A DNA stretch of 64,000 bases, taken from contig NC_043003.1 of NCBI RefSeq assembly GCF_006345805.1, positions 58,404,001-58,468,000 of the forward strand, in the 5' to 3' direction. This document shows, in pieces, positions 1 to 14,070 of this stretch. This stretch comes from Octopus sinensis. Taxonomy: Eukaryota. Positions within the stretch are counted from its first letter, which is position 1, and each line of letters begins with the position of its first letter. Made by a program: the position numbers and the translations under genes. The notes under the pieces were generated by a model. That model was not told the origin of the DNA. It did no database searches and saw only the letters and a program-made list of their open reading frames with translations.

Positions 1-268
1 GGATTTAAACTCAGAACGTAGCGGCAGACGAAATACCTATTTCTTTACTGCCCACAAGGGGATACACAAAGAGGGGACAAACAAGGACAGACAAACGGAT
101 TAAGTCGATTATATCGACCCCAGTGCGTAACTGGTACTTATTTAATCGACCCCGAAAAGATGAAAGGCAAAGTCGACCTCGGCGGAATTTGAACTCAGAA
201 CGTAGCGGCAGACGAAATACCGCTAAGCATTTCGCCCGGCGTGCTAACGTTTCCGCCAGCTCGCCGCC
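1..268 (-). mobile_element. tRNA-derived SINE family A (Meta/MESC-like core), multimeric, cut by the window edge
   Basis: Minus strand GGCGGCGAGCTGGC..GTTCAAATTCC (B box)..GTCGACTTTGCCTTTCATC..GGGGTCGAT..AAGTACCAG. The domain name is recalled, not verified. Confidence 0.8.
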
Positions 269-706
269 TTTTTTGTATTAAATATTGCAATATATACAAT
301 GCTATGTCTAATTGATATATGAATATTTGATATATTAATGAATATTAATGTTATGATAGTGCTCAATATCTTACACTGGAGCTAATAAAAGTAGACATAC
401 CTATTATGTTGCATCCAGTATATTGGGATATTCACTTGTGTGTGCGTGTGTGTGTGCGTGTAAATATTATGTGGGGTGGGGAGGATGCGCGCGCCTATAT
501 ATTTATGTGAAATATGTTTGATTCGAAATGATTAGACACGTATTTTCGTGCCAACGAAACTGAGTCCTAAGTGCTTGTGCCTTCATCTGCTCATATAAAA
601 GGTATTGAATGTTTTTTTTTCATTTCATTTGCATATGTATGCATAAATACCAATCTACTTGTCCGTCCGCCTGTCTGTCTGTCTCCTTCTAACCGTTTGT
701 CTATCC

Positions 707-754
<48 letters not shown>

Positions 755-783
755 CTTTCTCTCTTTTTCTCTCTGTCTCTCTT

Positions 784-840
<57 letters not shown>

Positions 841-982
841 CATGATTAATCAGCCGAAATTGCGAAGATGATCCGGTTCTTGACTGATGATTGAGGGCTT
901 CGAATGTCCCGTCCTGTATTTCTTGTGTCGTCTTCTAGGTGTTTCACGTTCTTGTCCCAGTTTGTATATATTTTTTTAACTT

Positions 983-1058
<76 letters not shown>

Positions 1059-1288
1059 TGTATGGGTACAGGACGTCACCAACAGTAAACAACATGAAAT
1101 ACGAAAACAAATGAGTTAAATACGCAAATAACGAGAGAAAAACTGGAAAACAAGACAAGTAATACAAAGAATACAAAGAACGATCTTTCATCAGTTGTCG
1201 GCTGTCTATCTACTTTCGATTTCGAGCAATCAACGACAACTTATCGCATATATATATTATTTTTATTATTATTTAATTGAATTAAGTA

Positions 1289-1369
<81 letters not shown>

Positions 1370-1576
1370 TAGGAGGTCGCCAGAATTTTGGAATAAGAAG
1401 AATGTTATTATTTAGTCATTATTATTAGCGTTTTGGTTCGTTTTTCGAACTCGTCATATAAAAATTTCGCTTTTTCGGATCGAACATGGGACAAAATATA
1501 AGAATTAAAATAAAACCTCAAATTAGGCAATCAACTATTTTTATATAATCATACACAGTTATAAATTCAGTTTAAA

Positions 1577-1668
<92 letters not shown>

Positions 1669-1788
1669 ATATGTATACGCATCTTAAGCCGAATTTATTT
1701 ATAATTGTGTATGAGTATATAAAAAAGTTGACTGCCTAATTTGAGTTTTTATTTTAATTCTGTTATATATATATATATATATATATAT

Positions 1789-2178
1789 CTTTTACTCTCT
1801 TTTACTTATTTCAGTCATTTGACTGCGGCTATGCTGGAGCACCGCCTTTAGTCGAGCAAATCGACTCCGGGACTTATTCTTTGTAAGCCTAGTACTTATT
1901 CTATCGGTCTCTTTTGCCGAACCGCTAAGTAACGGGGACGTAAACACACCAGCATCGGTTTTCAAGCAATGCTAGGGGGACAAACACACACACATACATA
2001 TATATACATATATACGACAGGCTTCTTTCAGTTTCCGTCTACCAAATCCACTCATAAGGCATTGGTCGGCCCGGGGCTATAGCAAAAGACACTTGTCCAA
2101 GATGCCACGCAGTGGGACTGAACCCGGAACCATGTGGCTGGTTAGCACGCTACTTACCACACAGCCACTCCTGCGCCT
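1789..2178 (-). mobile_element. tRNA-derived CORE-type SINE family B (octopus OR-like) with internal microsatellite
   Basis: Minus strand GGCGCAGGAGTGGCTGTGTGG..GGTTCAGTCCC..TTGGACAAGTGTCTT..(TA/TG)n..GTAAAAGA-type tail. Confidence 0.85.
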
Positions 2179-3310
2179 ATATATATATATGCATATGTGG
2201 GCACAGGACGTCACGAAACGTGTACAACAAGAATACGAGGCATGAGTATATGGAACATGAACTATTCTTTCGAACAACGAAAGACACAAATGGAAATCAA
2301 AGCAAGCATGAAGAACGACCCTTCATCAGTTGTTGGCTGTTTTCTAGTCTCGTATTTCGAGCATTTGAGAACAATATGCGCTTTCGATAAAACAGATGCT
2401 CCTGCAAAGCAAATTAAATAAAATCTGGGAATCTGTGGAGGGTCAAAATTGGTAGCACAAACAGGAGAGTGAAAACAGGAAGGGCTGCTAAGCCTAAAGA
2501 GGTCGTGGTGGTGTACGCTTAAGTCAAGCTTGGACAGGAGACAAACAAAAATGCGTCTTCCTTGTTGCAGCTGCAACGGAGAGAAAGAAAGAAACACAAG
2601 TTAGAAGAAAGAAAGACGACCGATGGTCACGTGGGAGCCACGTATTTTTTTGTTTCGTCAGAAAAGAGAAAGGGAAAAGTCAAAAGAAAGAGCAGAAGAA
2701 GAAATCGCCAACGGGCCACGTATAGTTATATTGCTGAAGATATATATATATATAAACTTAAGGTATCTTTGGCCCGACGAATAGCTAGCGAATTACCCCT
2801 CGTTTCGGCTGTTACTACTTCCGAGATTCTGCTACCTATGAAATATATCTAGCCTGGATTTTATCTGCTCCCTTCCCAAATTTTGGATTTATATTCGCAT
2901 ACACAGCAATTCCAGCTGTTAACTGTAAGCTATGAAACAATCTTTTCAGCTTATCGAACTTCGATATGTGGAAAATTTACATCCTTCTTCGTCAATAAAT
3001 CATTATTGTTCCTGGAAGTTGTTTTTTATAACTTCTACAAACGGCATGAAGATTACTAATTTCCTACACCTTGATCCATAGATCTTACATTTGCAGACAC
3101 ACACACACACACACATATTCTTTTATTCCTTTACTTGCTTCAGTCATTTGACTGCAGCCATGCTAGAGCACAGCCTTTAGTGGAACAAATCGACTCCAGG
3201 ACTTTGTAAGCCTAGTACTTATTCTATCTATTTTGCCGAACCGCTAGCTTACGGGGGTCTAAACACACCAACATCGGTTGTCAAGCGATGTTGGGGGGGA
3301 CAAACAGACA

Positions 3311-3516
3311 CGACCGCGTGTGTACCGTTGGCGATTTTTTCCCTCCGTCTTCCCTTCTTTGGATGTATCCTTTTCCTATGTTTCTGACGAAGAGCTCCAC
3401 ACGAAACGTTAAACCCTCCTTCTTTCCTTCATTCCTGAGCGTCCAATAATACTATACTTGTTCCACGTCCTCGCGTTGTTGTGTTTTCTCTTTGTGTTTT
3501 CATGTTTGGATCAACT
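3311..3516 (+). mobile_element. PLE pLTR-like module with minimal hammerhead motif (3380-3414), nested in a CORE-type SINE
   Basis: GUUU-CUGACGA-A-GAGC ucc acac-GAAA-CG-UU-AAAC, with the 3' strand of stem II mutated. Ends at (TA)n at 3517. Confidence 0.55.
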
Positions 3517-3532
3517 ATATATATATATATAG

Positions 3533-3577
<45 letters not shown>

Positions 3578-3741
3578 TAATAATTAATATTAATATTTGG
3601 GAAGTTATTTCCAAGTCCACAGGGGAAAGAAGTTCAATTTCGTGGTACCAAAGTGAATTACTCAGTGTATTATATACATATATATAGGTAGGTTTAAGAC
3701 ACAGAGATGACTGTATTGCTTGAGAGCGATTCTGACCCTTA

Positions 3742-3790
<49 letters not shown>

Positions 3791-3989
3791 GCATATAACG
3801 GGCTTCTATCAGTTTCCGTCTACCAAATCTAGTCACAATGCTTTAGTCGACCTGAAGCTATAGTGGAAGACACTTGCCCAAGGTTCCACGCAGTAGAATT
3901 AAACCTGGAACCATGTAGTTGGGAAGCAAGTTACTTACCGCACAGCCACTCCTGCGACTATACACACACCCACACACACACGACGCGCG

Positions 3990-4032
<43 letters not shown>

Positions 4033-4759
4033 ACACACCACACACACACACATATATATATATGTAGTGATAGAAAATAGAGTGTGAAGACATCTAGGCG
4101 AATGCCTCAATCAGCACTCTGAACTAACAGAAAGTCCAGTGATGAATACGGGTGTCCATACCAAATGGCAATTGAGAACAGCCCCATATGAAAAGGGTAG
4201 ATAACTTTAAGAATTTCTCAAACATTGACATGCCATCAAAACAAAACAAAAAAATTACCGGTTTATTGTTTGTAGATAGGAAGCAGTCGTCAGCATGCGT
4301 TTCTGCCTTAATTAGCGTCATCAGAACGACAATTGTCTTGTCTGAATTACAGCAACCAAGCTGGTTAAACGTATACAAAAAGAAAAAAAGCACATTTCTA
4401 GTTTCGTGGCAGCGTTTATATCATCCGAGGGTTGTTGATATTCATACGGAAAATTGCATGAAACTATGATCTGGATTTCAACACATAGCTAAACACGCCC
4501 ACGTATATATACGCACATGCATTCACCCTTGTCCTCTCCCCCCCTCTCTCTCTCTCTTTCTTTCTCTCTCTCGCACACACGCACACTCACACACACATAG
4601 AGTTATTATCTATATAGCAGTATGCTAATACCATATCGCTGAGGTCCGTCCTTAAACCACGCGCAAAATCTGATTACACAAAGTCTTCATAAATGTATAA
4701 TGTTCTGTAATTGTGTTTCAAACGTGAGCAGCTGCGATGATCTCCAATAGTGTTTAGTG

Positions 4760-5270
4760 TAGCAGTGGTAGTGGTGACAGTAGTGGGGATAGTTGAGGTG
4801 GTGGAGGAATAGTGGAGGTGGTGGTGGGGGATAGTAGAGGTGCTAGTCGTGGGAATAGTGGTGGGGGCATAGTGGAGGTTGTGGTGGTGGTGGTGGTGCT
4901 GGTGGTGGTAGTGGTGGTGGTGGTGAAGGAGTGGCGGTAATTGGGAGGATGGCGGAGTTGGTGGTGGTGTTTGGAATGTGGGTGGCAGTGATGTAGATGT
5001 AGTGGTAGTAGTGCTGATAATGATGGTGATGGTTTTGGTGTAAGTGATACTGGAACTGGCGTCGTCGTTGGTGGTGGTGGTGGTGGTGGTGGTGGTGGTG
5101 GTGGTGGTGGTGGTGGTGGTAGTTGTGGTCATGTTCAGAACTGTGATGGCATTGTTGTTCAGTGGTTGTGGTGGGGGTGGGGGTGGGGGTGGGGGTGGGG
5201 TGGTTGTAGTGGTGACGGTTGGTATTTGTGTTGATATTGTTCGTGGTGGTAAGGAATGGTTTTGATGACG

Positions 5271-5328
<58 letters not shown>

Positions 5329-5540
5329 GGTGGTGGTGGTGGTGTGGTGGTGGTGGTGGTGGTGGTGGTGGTGGTGGTACTATTCGTGTCGGTTATGGTA
5401 ATGTTGATGCTGATGTTAGAGGTGTTGTTGTTGCGATTGTTGCTCTCGGTGGTGATGTTGGTGGTAGTTGTTGTGGCGACGATGGAGGTTTGTTTGTTTT
5501 TGTTTGGTCTTTTTTGGGGGGTTTTTTTTGTTGTTGTTAG
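4760..5540. repeat. Compound (GGT)n/(GTT)n trinucleotide microsatellite region
   Basis: Directly visible. Confidence 0.95.
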
Positions 5541-5999
5541 ATAGAAATGGCGATATGAATCTTAAACAAACGCATTCTCTAGCTTTACAATATAGTGATA
5601 CGGACTTTACAAACAACAACAAATACAGCAACAACAACACTAACAACACCAACAACCAACATTAACTACTCTGTTGCCATGGCTACGGCACCAAAACATC
5701 TTTGTTCATTTTGTTAGACAGCCTTTCTCTCTTTCTCTCCTTGTCTTCCTCTTCTCTGTGCTTCTCTCGCGCTTTCATTCCTTCTTACCTCTTCCCTTCT
5801 CTCTCTCTCTCTCTCAGTGTGGACGTACAAGCTCTCCTCCTCCTCTTCCTCCTATCCACCCCGCTCTCTCACCTGTCTCAACATTCCCACATACCACCCA
5901 TTGTACCACACCTGTTACGCTTTGAGCAAAAAAAGAAAAAAGTTGCGCTCTGCTGTTCACGCGCTATTCTCCTTCTTCATCAACACTGCCATGACCGCC

Positions 6000-6174
6000 A
6001 CCAACAACAAAACCATCACTGTCATCGTCATCACCATCAAAACCACCACAATCATGACCACCCACCAATAATCATCATCACCATTATCATTATCATTACC
6101 ACCATCATCATCATCATCGTAATCAGCATAATCTTATGAATCATCAGCAGCATCATCACCATCATCATCATCAG

Positions 6175-6237
<63 letters not shown>

Positions 6238-6350
6238 TCTCATCTCCATCATCATTACCGTTACCTCTACCACCACCCCCACCATTCCCATCTTCACCGT
6301 CACGACCACCACTACAGCCACCACAACCACCACCATCACTAATACCACCT
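6000..6350. repeat. (CAT)n/(CAC)n microsatellite
   Basis: Directly visible. Confidence 0.95.
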
Positions 6351-7140
6351 CTAACACAAACTCCACAGCCATGAAATGTACCGTCCTAACTTAGGTGACC
6401 AACCGTGATTATCAAAAGCAACACCATTCAAAATTACCACGTTGGCTTCTCCCCCACACCCCCACCCCGAAACACTACGCTAAAAGGTTTTCCTTAAACA
6501 AGAAATGCAGAGAAACCCCAATGGTCGATCTCTTTGCCTGACCCCGTTGTGGCCTCCTCCGGAAGCTTCAGACGCGCAAGAATAGGACAGGAGAGAAGGA
6601 ATGAAAGAAAGAATGAATGAAAGGGGGTAAAAAGAGAGAAAGAAAGAGAAAACAGACAGACAATGACAGAGAACGAGAAAGAGACAGACAGACAGAGAAG
6701 CGGAGAGGGGGAGATAATAAGAGAGAAACAGAGAAACAGAAAGAGAGAAACAGAGAGAAAGAGAAGACAGAGAGACGGAGAAAGAGAGGAAGAGACAAGG
6801 AGAGAAGGAGAGCGAAAGCGAGATAGAGAGAAAGGCAGAGAAAGAGAAATAGAGTGCTCAATAGAAGCAGAGTGACACGTTGCATTTCCATGCGAATGCA
6901 TAGGCGCAGGCATGGCTATGTGGTTAAGACGCTCGCGTTTCAATCGCGCGGTTTCGAGTTCAATCTACTGCGTGGCGCCTTTCGAGCAAGTGTCTTCTAC
7001 TATAGCTCCGGGCCGACCAATCCCCAATGCCTTGTGAGTGAATTTGGAACTACCACAAACACAACCACAAGCACTTACACCATATTAACTTGCACCATCG
7101 CCATTACAACTACCCTCAACACCGCCATCACTATCAACAA

Positions 7141-7179
<39 letters not shown>

Positions 7180-7947
7180 TATCACCACCACCATTAACAT
7201 CATCACCAGCAACAATATCATCAACATCACCTCTGTCACCTTGGCTACTCCCATCTTGTCTATGATAACTAATATTGGTTTCAAATTTTGCACAAGGCCA
7301 GCAATTTTGGGGATGGGTCTAAGTAGATTAAATCGACCCAAGTACTCGACTGGTTCATATTTTATCGATCCCCAAAGGATGAAAGGCAAAGTCGACATTG
7401 GCTGAGTTTGAACTCAGAACGTAAAGACGGACGAAACGCCGCTGAACATTTTGCCCAGCGTGCTAAAGGTTCTGCCAGCTCACCTATATATAATAGGCGC
7501 ATGAGTGACTATAGGCGCAGAAGCAGAAGTGGCTATGCGGTTAGACTCGAACAGAAATCGTCCGGTAATTGCCATTTGAATGGAAATTTTGATTTCACTA
7601 TAGAACACATATTGCTAGGTTTGTACCACTCCCTTGAGGCCCAACTACACTCTAGCTGAAAAATATAGAATAACTCACAAGTAATATAGACATCCTAAAT
7701 TCAGTGGCGGCGTTAATGAAGATGTTTACACGTTAATTAAATGAATTAAACTTACCATTATTAATGTATATTTACACAGATATAAGAGTTAGAACTTGTG
7801 ATCCTCTCACGGACTTTTTTTTTTCTTTGGAAATTTTTGCGCACAGAACTAAAACGTTTCCCCACCCCTGGTTTAAGACAATACTGTGGAGTGTCATTTG
7901 CGAAAGATTTGACCGTTATTTCTAGAAAGTCAATCAACCTCACAGAG

Positions 7948-8201
7948 CAATGGTTCTCAATTGGGGTCCATATAACCCTTGGTGTCCATCTAATATTATG
8001 CTATTAAAATGTATGTGTAATGAATTGGTTATGCTTCTATAATACACAAAAGATTTTTATAATTTACTTCTAAAAATCTCTAATATTATATAGTTAAAAA
8101 TATATAATAATCTTTTTTAAACATCGAATAATTGTAAGGGTCCATCCGAGTAAAATAGAAATCAAAGGGGTCTACGGGTAAAATATGGCTGAGAACCTCT
8201 G
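7948..8201. mobile_element. hAT (Charlie-like) MITE
   Basis: Ends CAATGGTTCTCAA ... CTGAGAACCTCTG are an imperfect TIR. TSD is not clean. Confidence 0.55.
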
Positions 8202-8809
8202 ACAGAGAGGATTTTTCGTTGGTTCACGGAAATGAACGACTTGAAGTTTTGAAAGTTTTGTTGAATCCGAGTGAGAAAAGCAAGTAATGGATTCTACATA
8301 CGAGCAAATATCGTTTAGAATGATGTTGGACTATAATAATTATTATACTCTAGCACAAAGCCTTGAACATTTTTGTGGGGGAGGTGGCTAGTCGATTACA
8401 TCGACCCCACTGCGTAACTGGTACTTATTTCATCGACCCCGGAAGGGTGAAAGACAAAAGTAGACCTCGGAGGAATTTAAACGCAGAACGTAGCGGCAGA
8501 CGAAATATTGTTAAGCATTTCGCCCGGCGTGCTAACGATTCTTTTGTACTCTAGGCACAAGGCCTGAAATTTTGGGAGAGGGGGCCAGTCGATTATATCG
8601 ACCCCAGTATGCAACTGGTACTTAATTTATCGACCTCAAAAAGAAGAAAGGCAAAGCTGTGTGGTTAAGAAGTTCGCTTTGCAAACTCGTAGTTTCGGGT
8701 TCACTCCCACTGAACGGAATCTTGGGCAAATGTCTTTTCCTACAACTAATCAATGCTCTCTGAGTAAATTTGGTTGGCGGAAACTATGTGGAAGCCTGCC
8801 GTATATACA

Positions 8810-8854
8810 AATAGATAGATAGACAGACGGACAGATGGACAGACGGACAGATAA

Positions 8855-8910
<56 letters not shown>

Positions 8911-8962
8911 TAGATAGATAGATAGGTAGGTAGGTAGGTAGGTAGGTAGGTAGGTAGGTAGG

Positions 8963-9030
<68 letters not shown>
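8810..9030. repeat. (TAGA)n/(TAGG)n microsatellite
   Basis: Directly visible. Confidence 0.95.
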
Positions 9031-10330
9031 GTGTATTTGTGTCTGTTCCCCACTCCCGGCTCAATAGCATGTGTTGGTATGTTTGCGTCCCCGTAATTTA
9101 GTGAGATTCGGCAAGAAAGACTGACAGTAAGAAAGACTGACAATCAAAAAAGTACGTATCGGGTCGATCTGTTCAGCTAAAACCCTTCAAGGCGGGACCC
9201 TAGCATATCCGTCGTCCAATGACTGAAACAAGCAAAAGAATAAAAGAGAAAAGATGTAGGATAACCACATACAGATAAACTGACCACACGATAGAATATG
9301 AATATTAGATGCGAAAGGTGACCACTTCCTTGATTCCATGAAAGATCATGTGTGCAAGACAGTTAAGAAAGAGATGGGGGTGGATGGGGGGCAGGAGAGA
9401 GGGGGAGGGAGTGAGAGCAGAAGAGAGAGGGAGGGAATGGGAGCAGGAGAGAGGGGTGGGAGAGAGGAGTGGTCGGTGCAAAAACCCATTAAGAAAATAT
9501 CTCAGAAAGTCAGATTGTCTGCGATGGTCATCTCTTCCAATCGGACACAAACCTGTCTGAAGCCGATCAATTTACTGAGCCGGCCTGGCACTACCTGACC
9601 TCCAGTTCTAGCTACCACCGGCCACCATTATGCACCTCCACTCTTATCACTAACGCCATCACCTGTGGTCACGTCATCACTGTTACTATAGCAACAGCGG
9701 TAATGTAGTCATAGCAGTAAACACTGCAGCGTCTACTGAAGTAGCCACTTGATTTAATCAATGGACTGCTCTTTTGTTGGAATTCCATCGAACTAATATC
9801 GATACTGATCAAAAGATGTGGTCAGCGCTTTATATTTCAAACAAGGACGGTTCAATAAATCTATTGGTATAAGGTGTTTCCGGTTAAAATATTAACATAC
9901 ACACACACACACACACACTTTCATACGTAGATATATATACCTAGATACATGCATACATGCACACACACACACTCACACACACACTCTCACACACACAAAC
10001 ACATACATACATACATACATACATACATACATACATACATACATACACGCACACACGCGTGTACGCTCATGTACAAACATATCTTTAAAAGGCAGCGCAG
10101 CCAAAGAATCTCTTTCCATTCGTCCAAAATGCAAGAAATAGTATCCAAATCGCCCTCACAAAAAAAAAATTGTGCTGACTTATGACTTAGTAGGATGCGT
10201 TGGATAATCTAAACCAAGATATTAAAAAAAAAAAGAGAAAAACCGGGCAATCACAACTGGAACATCTTTGATCATAAGTCCAAAGGATCATTGCCGATAA
10301 GGAGTTAAAAAGTCACAGAAACATCTTCTG

Positions 10331-10744
10331 TCGGCGAGCTGGCAGAAACGTTAGCACGCCGGGTGAAATGCTTTGCGGTATTTCGTCTGCCGTTACGTTC
10401 TGAGTTCAAATTCCGCCGAGGTCGACTTTGCCTTTCATCCTTTCGGGGTCGATAAATTAAGTAGCAGTTATGCACTGGGGTCGATCTAGTCGACTTAATA
10501 CCTATGTCTGTCCTTGTTTGCCCCCTCTATGTTTAGCCCCTTGTGGGTAATAAAGAAATAGGTATTTCGTCTGTCGTTACGTTCTAAGTTCAAATTCCGC
10601 CGAGGTCGACTTTGCCTTTCATCCTTTCAGGGTCGATTAAATAAGTACCAGTTATGCACTTGGGTCGATGTAATCGACTTAATCCGTCTGTCTGTCCATG
10701 TTTGTCCCCTCTGTGTGTAGCTCCTTGTGGGTAGTAAAGAAATA
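10331..10744 (+). mobile_element. SINE family A dimer with 14-bp TSD
   Basis: One head plus two body units. AGAAACATCTTCTG at 10317-10330 and 10745-10758. Confidence 0.88.
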
Positions 10745-11399
10745 AGAAACATCTTCTGGGTTTACATATACACAGGAATTCCTCCGCTCAGCATCAATGT
10801 AAGCATCACTGTTGGCTCAGTTGAGCTTTTCCGTTATCTCTTCACTATCCACCATGCTGCAATCTCATAACTTCGCCGTATCCCTAGCAGGGTGCCTGAA
10901 CGGGTGCTATGCCTTGCCAAAGGACAACCAGTAACTATGCAGGGTACGGTCGTCACTCCGTGAGGTATTTTCGAAATACCCGCATACCCTAGAAGATCAC
11001 CAACCTTAATCAAGAGAGTAACTGCAACGCATCTATACGGGTGGCATCCATGGTTGTGTAAACAGTTAATGAGAGATTCACCATGACTCAAGCTTCCAGT
11101 TCAAATTCATGGTACTGGAATTGGATGGCAACAGACAATCATGGGAGTCCACGAAAGCAGCAAAAGAAAAAAAACCTACACCCAATGTTTTCTTGTGAGT
11201 GCGATTTGGATACTATTTTTGACATTTTGGACGAATGGAAAGAGATTATCTCGTTGCATCGCCTTTGTTTGTTATGTTTGTACACGTGCGTACACGCGTA
11301 TGTAAGTATGTATGTATGTATGTATGTACGTATGTATGTATGTATGTATGTATGTATGTATGTATGTATGTATGTATGCATGCATGCATGTATGCATGT

Positions 11400-11523
11400 A
11401 TGCATGTGTGTGTATGTATATATGTCATTATTCAATTTATTTCAAGATTTCTTGCCAAGATTTCTAACCTTGACTGGAATTTCAACATCAACAACCGGGT
11501 ATTTTTGTATGTATGTATGTATG

Positions 11524-11557
<34 letters not shown>

Positions 11558-11771
11558 TGTATGTATGTATGTATGTATGTATGTATGTATGTATTATGTA
11601 AGTATGTATGTGCAGATTTGCATGTTTTATTATGTATTTTCATGCATATGTATGTATGTCATTATTCAGTTTATTTCAAGATTTCTTGCCAAAATTTCTA
11701 ACTTTGATTGGAATTTCAACATCAACAACAGGGTATTTTTATGTATGTATGTATGTATGTATGTATGTATG

Positions 11772-11803
<32 letters not shown>

Positions 11804-12060
11804 GGTATGTATGTATGTATGTATGTATGTATGTATTATGTAAGTATGTATGTGCAGATTTGCATGTTTTATTATGTATTTTCATGCATATGTATGTATG
11901 TCATTATTCAGTTTATTTCAAGATTTCTTGCCAAAATTTCTAACTTTGATTGGAATTTCAACATCAACAACAGGGTATTTTTTATGTATGTATGTATGTA
12001 TGTATGTATGTATGTATGTATGTATGTATGTATGTATGTATGTATGTATGTATGTATGTA
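11400..12060 (-). repeat. Three tandem units of about 240 bp derived from an RLE-LINE 3' UTR, embedded in (TATG)n
   Basis: Marker TCATTATTCA at 11425, 11659 and 11901. The reverse complement matches 14395-14625. Confidence 0.8.
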
Positions 12061-12061
12061 T

Positions 12062-13120
12062 GTTCGATCAGTTTGTCTACCTGGGAAGCACTATTAATAG
12101 ATATAGCAATTTGGATGATGAAATTTCATATAGAATTAGGAAAGCAAGTGTTGCTTTCGGAAGGCTAGAAAAGCGCCTCTGGAGTCGGCGAGACATATGC
12201 AGAAAGACAAAGATAAAGGTGTACAAGGCATGTGTGCTCCCTTCTCGTCTCTATGCCTGCGAGACGTGGGTCACATATCGATACCAACTTAAACAACTGG
12301 AACGTTTCCATCAGATGTGTCTCAGACGGATCTATGGCATTAAGTGGAAGGACCGCATCAGTGATCTTGAAATATTGGAAGGCTCTCGGCATGAAAGTAT
12401 AGAAGCTCTTGTGTTAAAGCAAAGGCTCAGATGGAGTGGTCATCTGGTCAGGATGAAGGATTCAAGGATACCAAAACAACTCTTTTATGGAGAGTTAGCT
12501 AAAGGAGAACGACCTCTACATAAACCAAAAAAGAGGTATAAGGACTTGCTGAAGGCTTCTTTAAAAGATGCTTGCATCTCTCCTGACACATGGGAAGGCA
12601 TAACTATTGATCGTAGCAGGTGAAGAAGGATGTGCACGAGGGGACAGCCACTTTTGAGAAATCTCGAGTTGCACATGAGAAAGTAAGGAGGGATGTCAGG
12701 AAGGGCATCGCTGTTACACTTCCATACGGGAAGGGTCTTTCTATGATGCTGACATGCAGTTTCTGTGCAAGACCCTGCCTCAGTAAAGCTGGACTCAAGA
12801 GTCATCTTCGTTGTCATAAAGCGAGACAGATGAGTGACAACCTGGCCACTGGTGGTTGTGTAACACACCATACTAATCATATATGTCGGGCATGTGGAAG
12901 AGAGTGTAATTCTGCAGGAGGACTTAAACAACATGCAAAGGTACATGAAGCCCAGTTACAACTACAGCTGGCTATTACCGGTAAAGGTTTTAGTTGCCAA
13001 TTCGGTACAAGACATTATAGATCTTTAGCTGGGCTAAAAAGTCACATTCGATCACAGCACCAGTAACAGTTAAGCTTCGTGCAATGGCCATACTCGATAA
13101 CGAGGGGGCAGCCATAATAA
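12062..13120 (+). mobile_element. 5'-truncated RTE-clade LINE (RT C-terminus + three C2H2 zinc fingers)
   Basis: Motifs DQFVYLGS, KIKVYKACVLP..YACETW, LERFHQMCLRRI, LRWSGHLVRM..RIPKQLFYGEL and KRYKD. One frameshift near 12621 and a stop at 13066. Short TAA tail, with (TATG)n on both sides. Confidence 0.9.
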
Positions 13121-13199
13121 TGTACGTATGTATGTATGTATGTATGTATGTATGTATGTATGTATGTATGTATGTATGTATGTATGTATGTATGTATGT

Positions 13200-13490
13200 A
13201 TCCCCATCGGTTGCGGCGACGAAACAGCCTGCTCGTGAAATGAACGGGCAAGTAGCTGAGCAATCCACAGATACGCGTGCCCTTAATGTAGTTCTCAGGG
13301 AGATTCAGCGACACAGAGAATTTGACAAGGCTGGCGCCTTTGAAATAACAGGTACGAATTGTTTTTGCCTGCTGAGTTGGCTAGAGCAACAAGAAATAAG
13401 TGTCTTGCTCAAGGATACAACGCACCGCCGGGAATCGAAATCGCAACCTTACGACCGTGAGCCAAATACCTTAATCACTAAGCCACGAGC
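13200..13490 (-). mobile_element. tRNA-derived SINE family C
   Basis: TGGCTTAGTGATTAAG..TTCGATTCCC..CTTGAGCAAGACACTT. Related pieces lie at 24070-24345, 26220-26360, 26670-26880 and 31050-31310. Confidence 0.7.
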
Positions 13491-13764
13491 TTTCTCTCAA
13501 CACGTTCACAGTGTTTATTTTAGGCCTATCGGATCAGAGCTAGTTGAGTTGGAGCTAAATGATGACTACGGCGATGATGGCAGTAACAAAGGCGACAATG
13601 AGAACGACAGCACTAGAAATAGCTCTCACCTCTGGAGGAGGTTTTTGCCTTTAAGGAGTCACTCGACCTGTTCGGCCTTTCTGTTGAATTTCCTTCAAAT
13701 AAAATCCCATGAAGGACACATTGTATAATGTACTTTTGAATACTCTAAAGGACGTGATCAGCAA

Positions 13765-13795
<31 letters not shown>

Positions 13796-13829
13796 GTGTT
13801 TTGTGTGTGTGTGGTGTGTGTGTGTGTGT

Positions 13830-13869
<40 letters not shown>

Positions 13870-14070
13870 CGTGTGTGTGTAATGGCAGAACCGATAGCAT
13901 GCCGAACTAAACACTGGTAACGTGCCTTTGAATTCTACTTCAAAGATTGTCTCCCATTCTTTCAAATCTAACAAAATTGGAGTCAATATAATGAATTTAT
14001 AATTATCCTTGAAGAACAGTGCTCCAATATGGTCACGGTTCAATGAATTGCACTATTGAAAGAATTTTAG

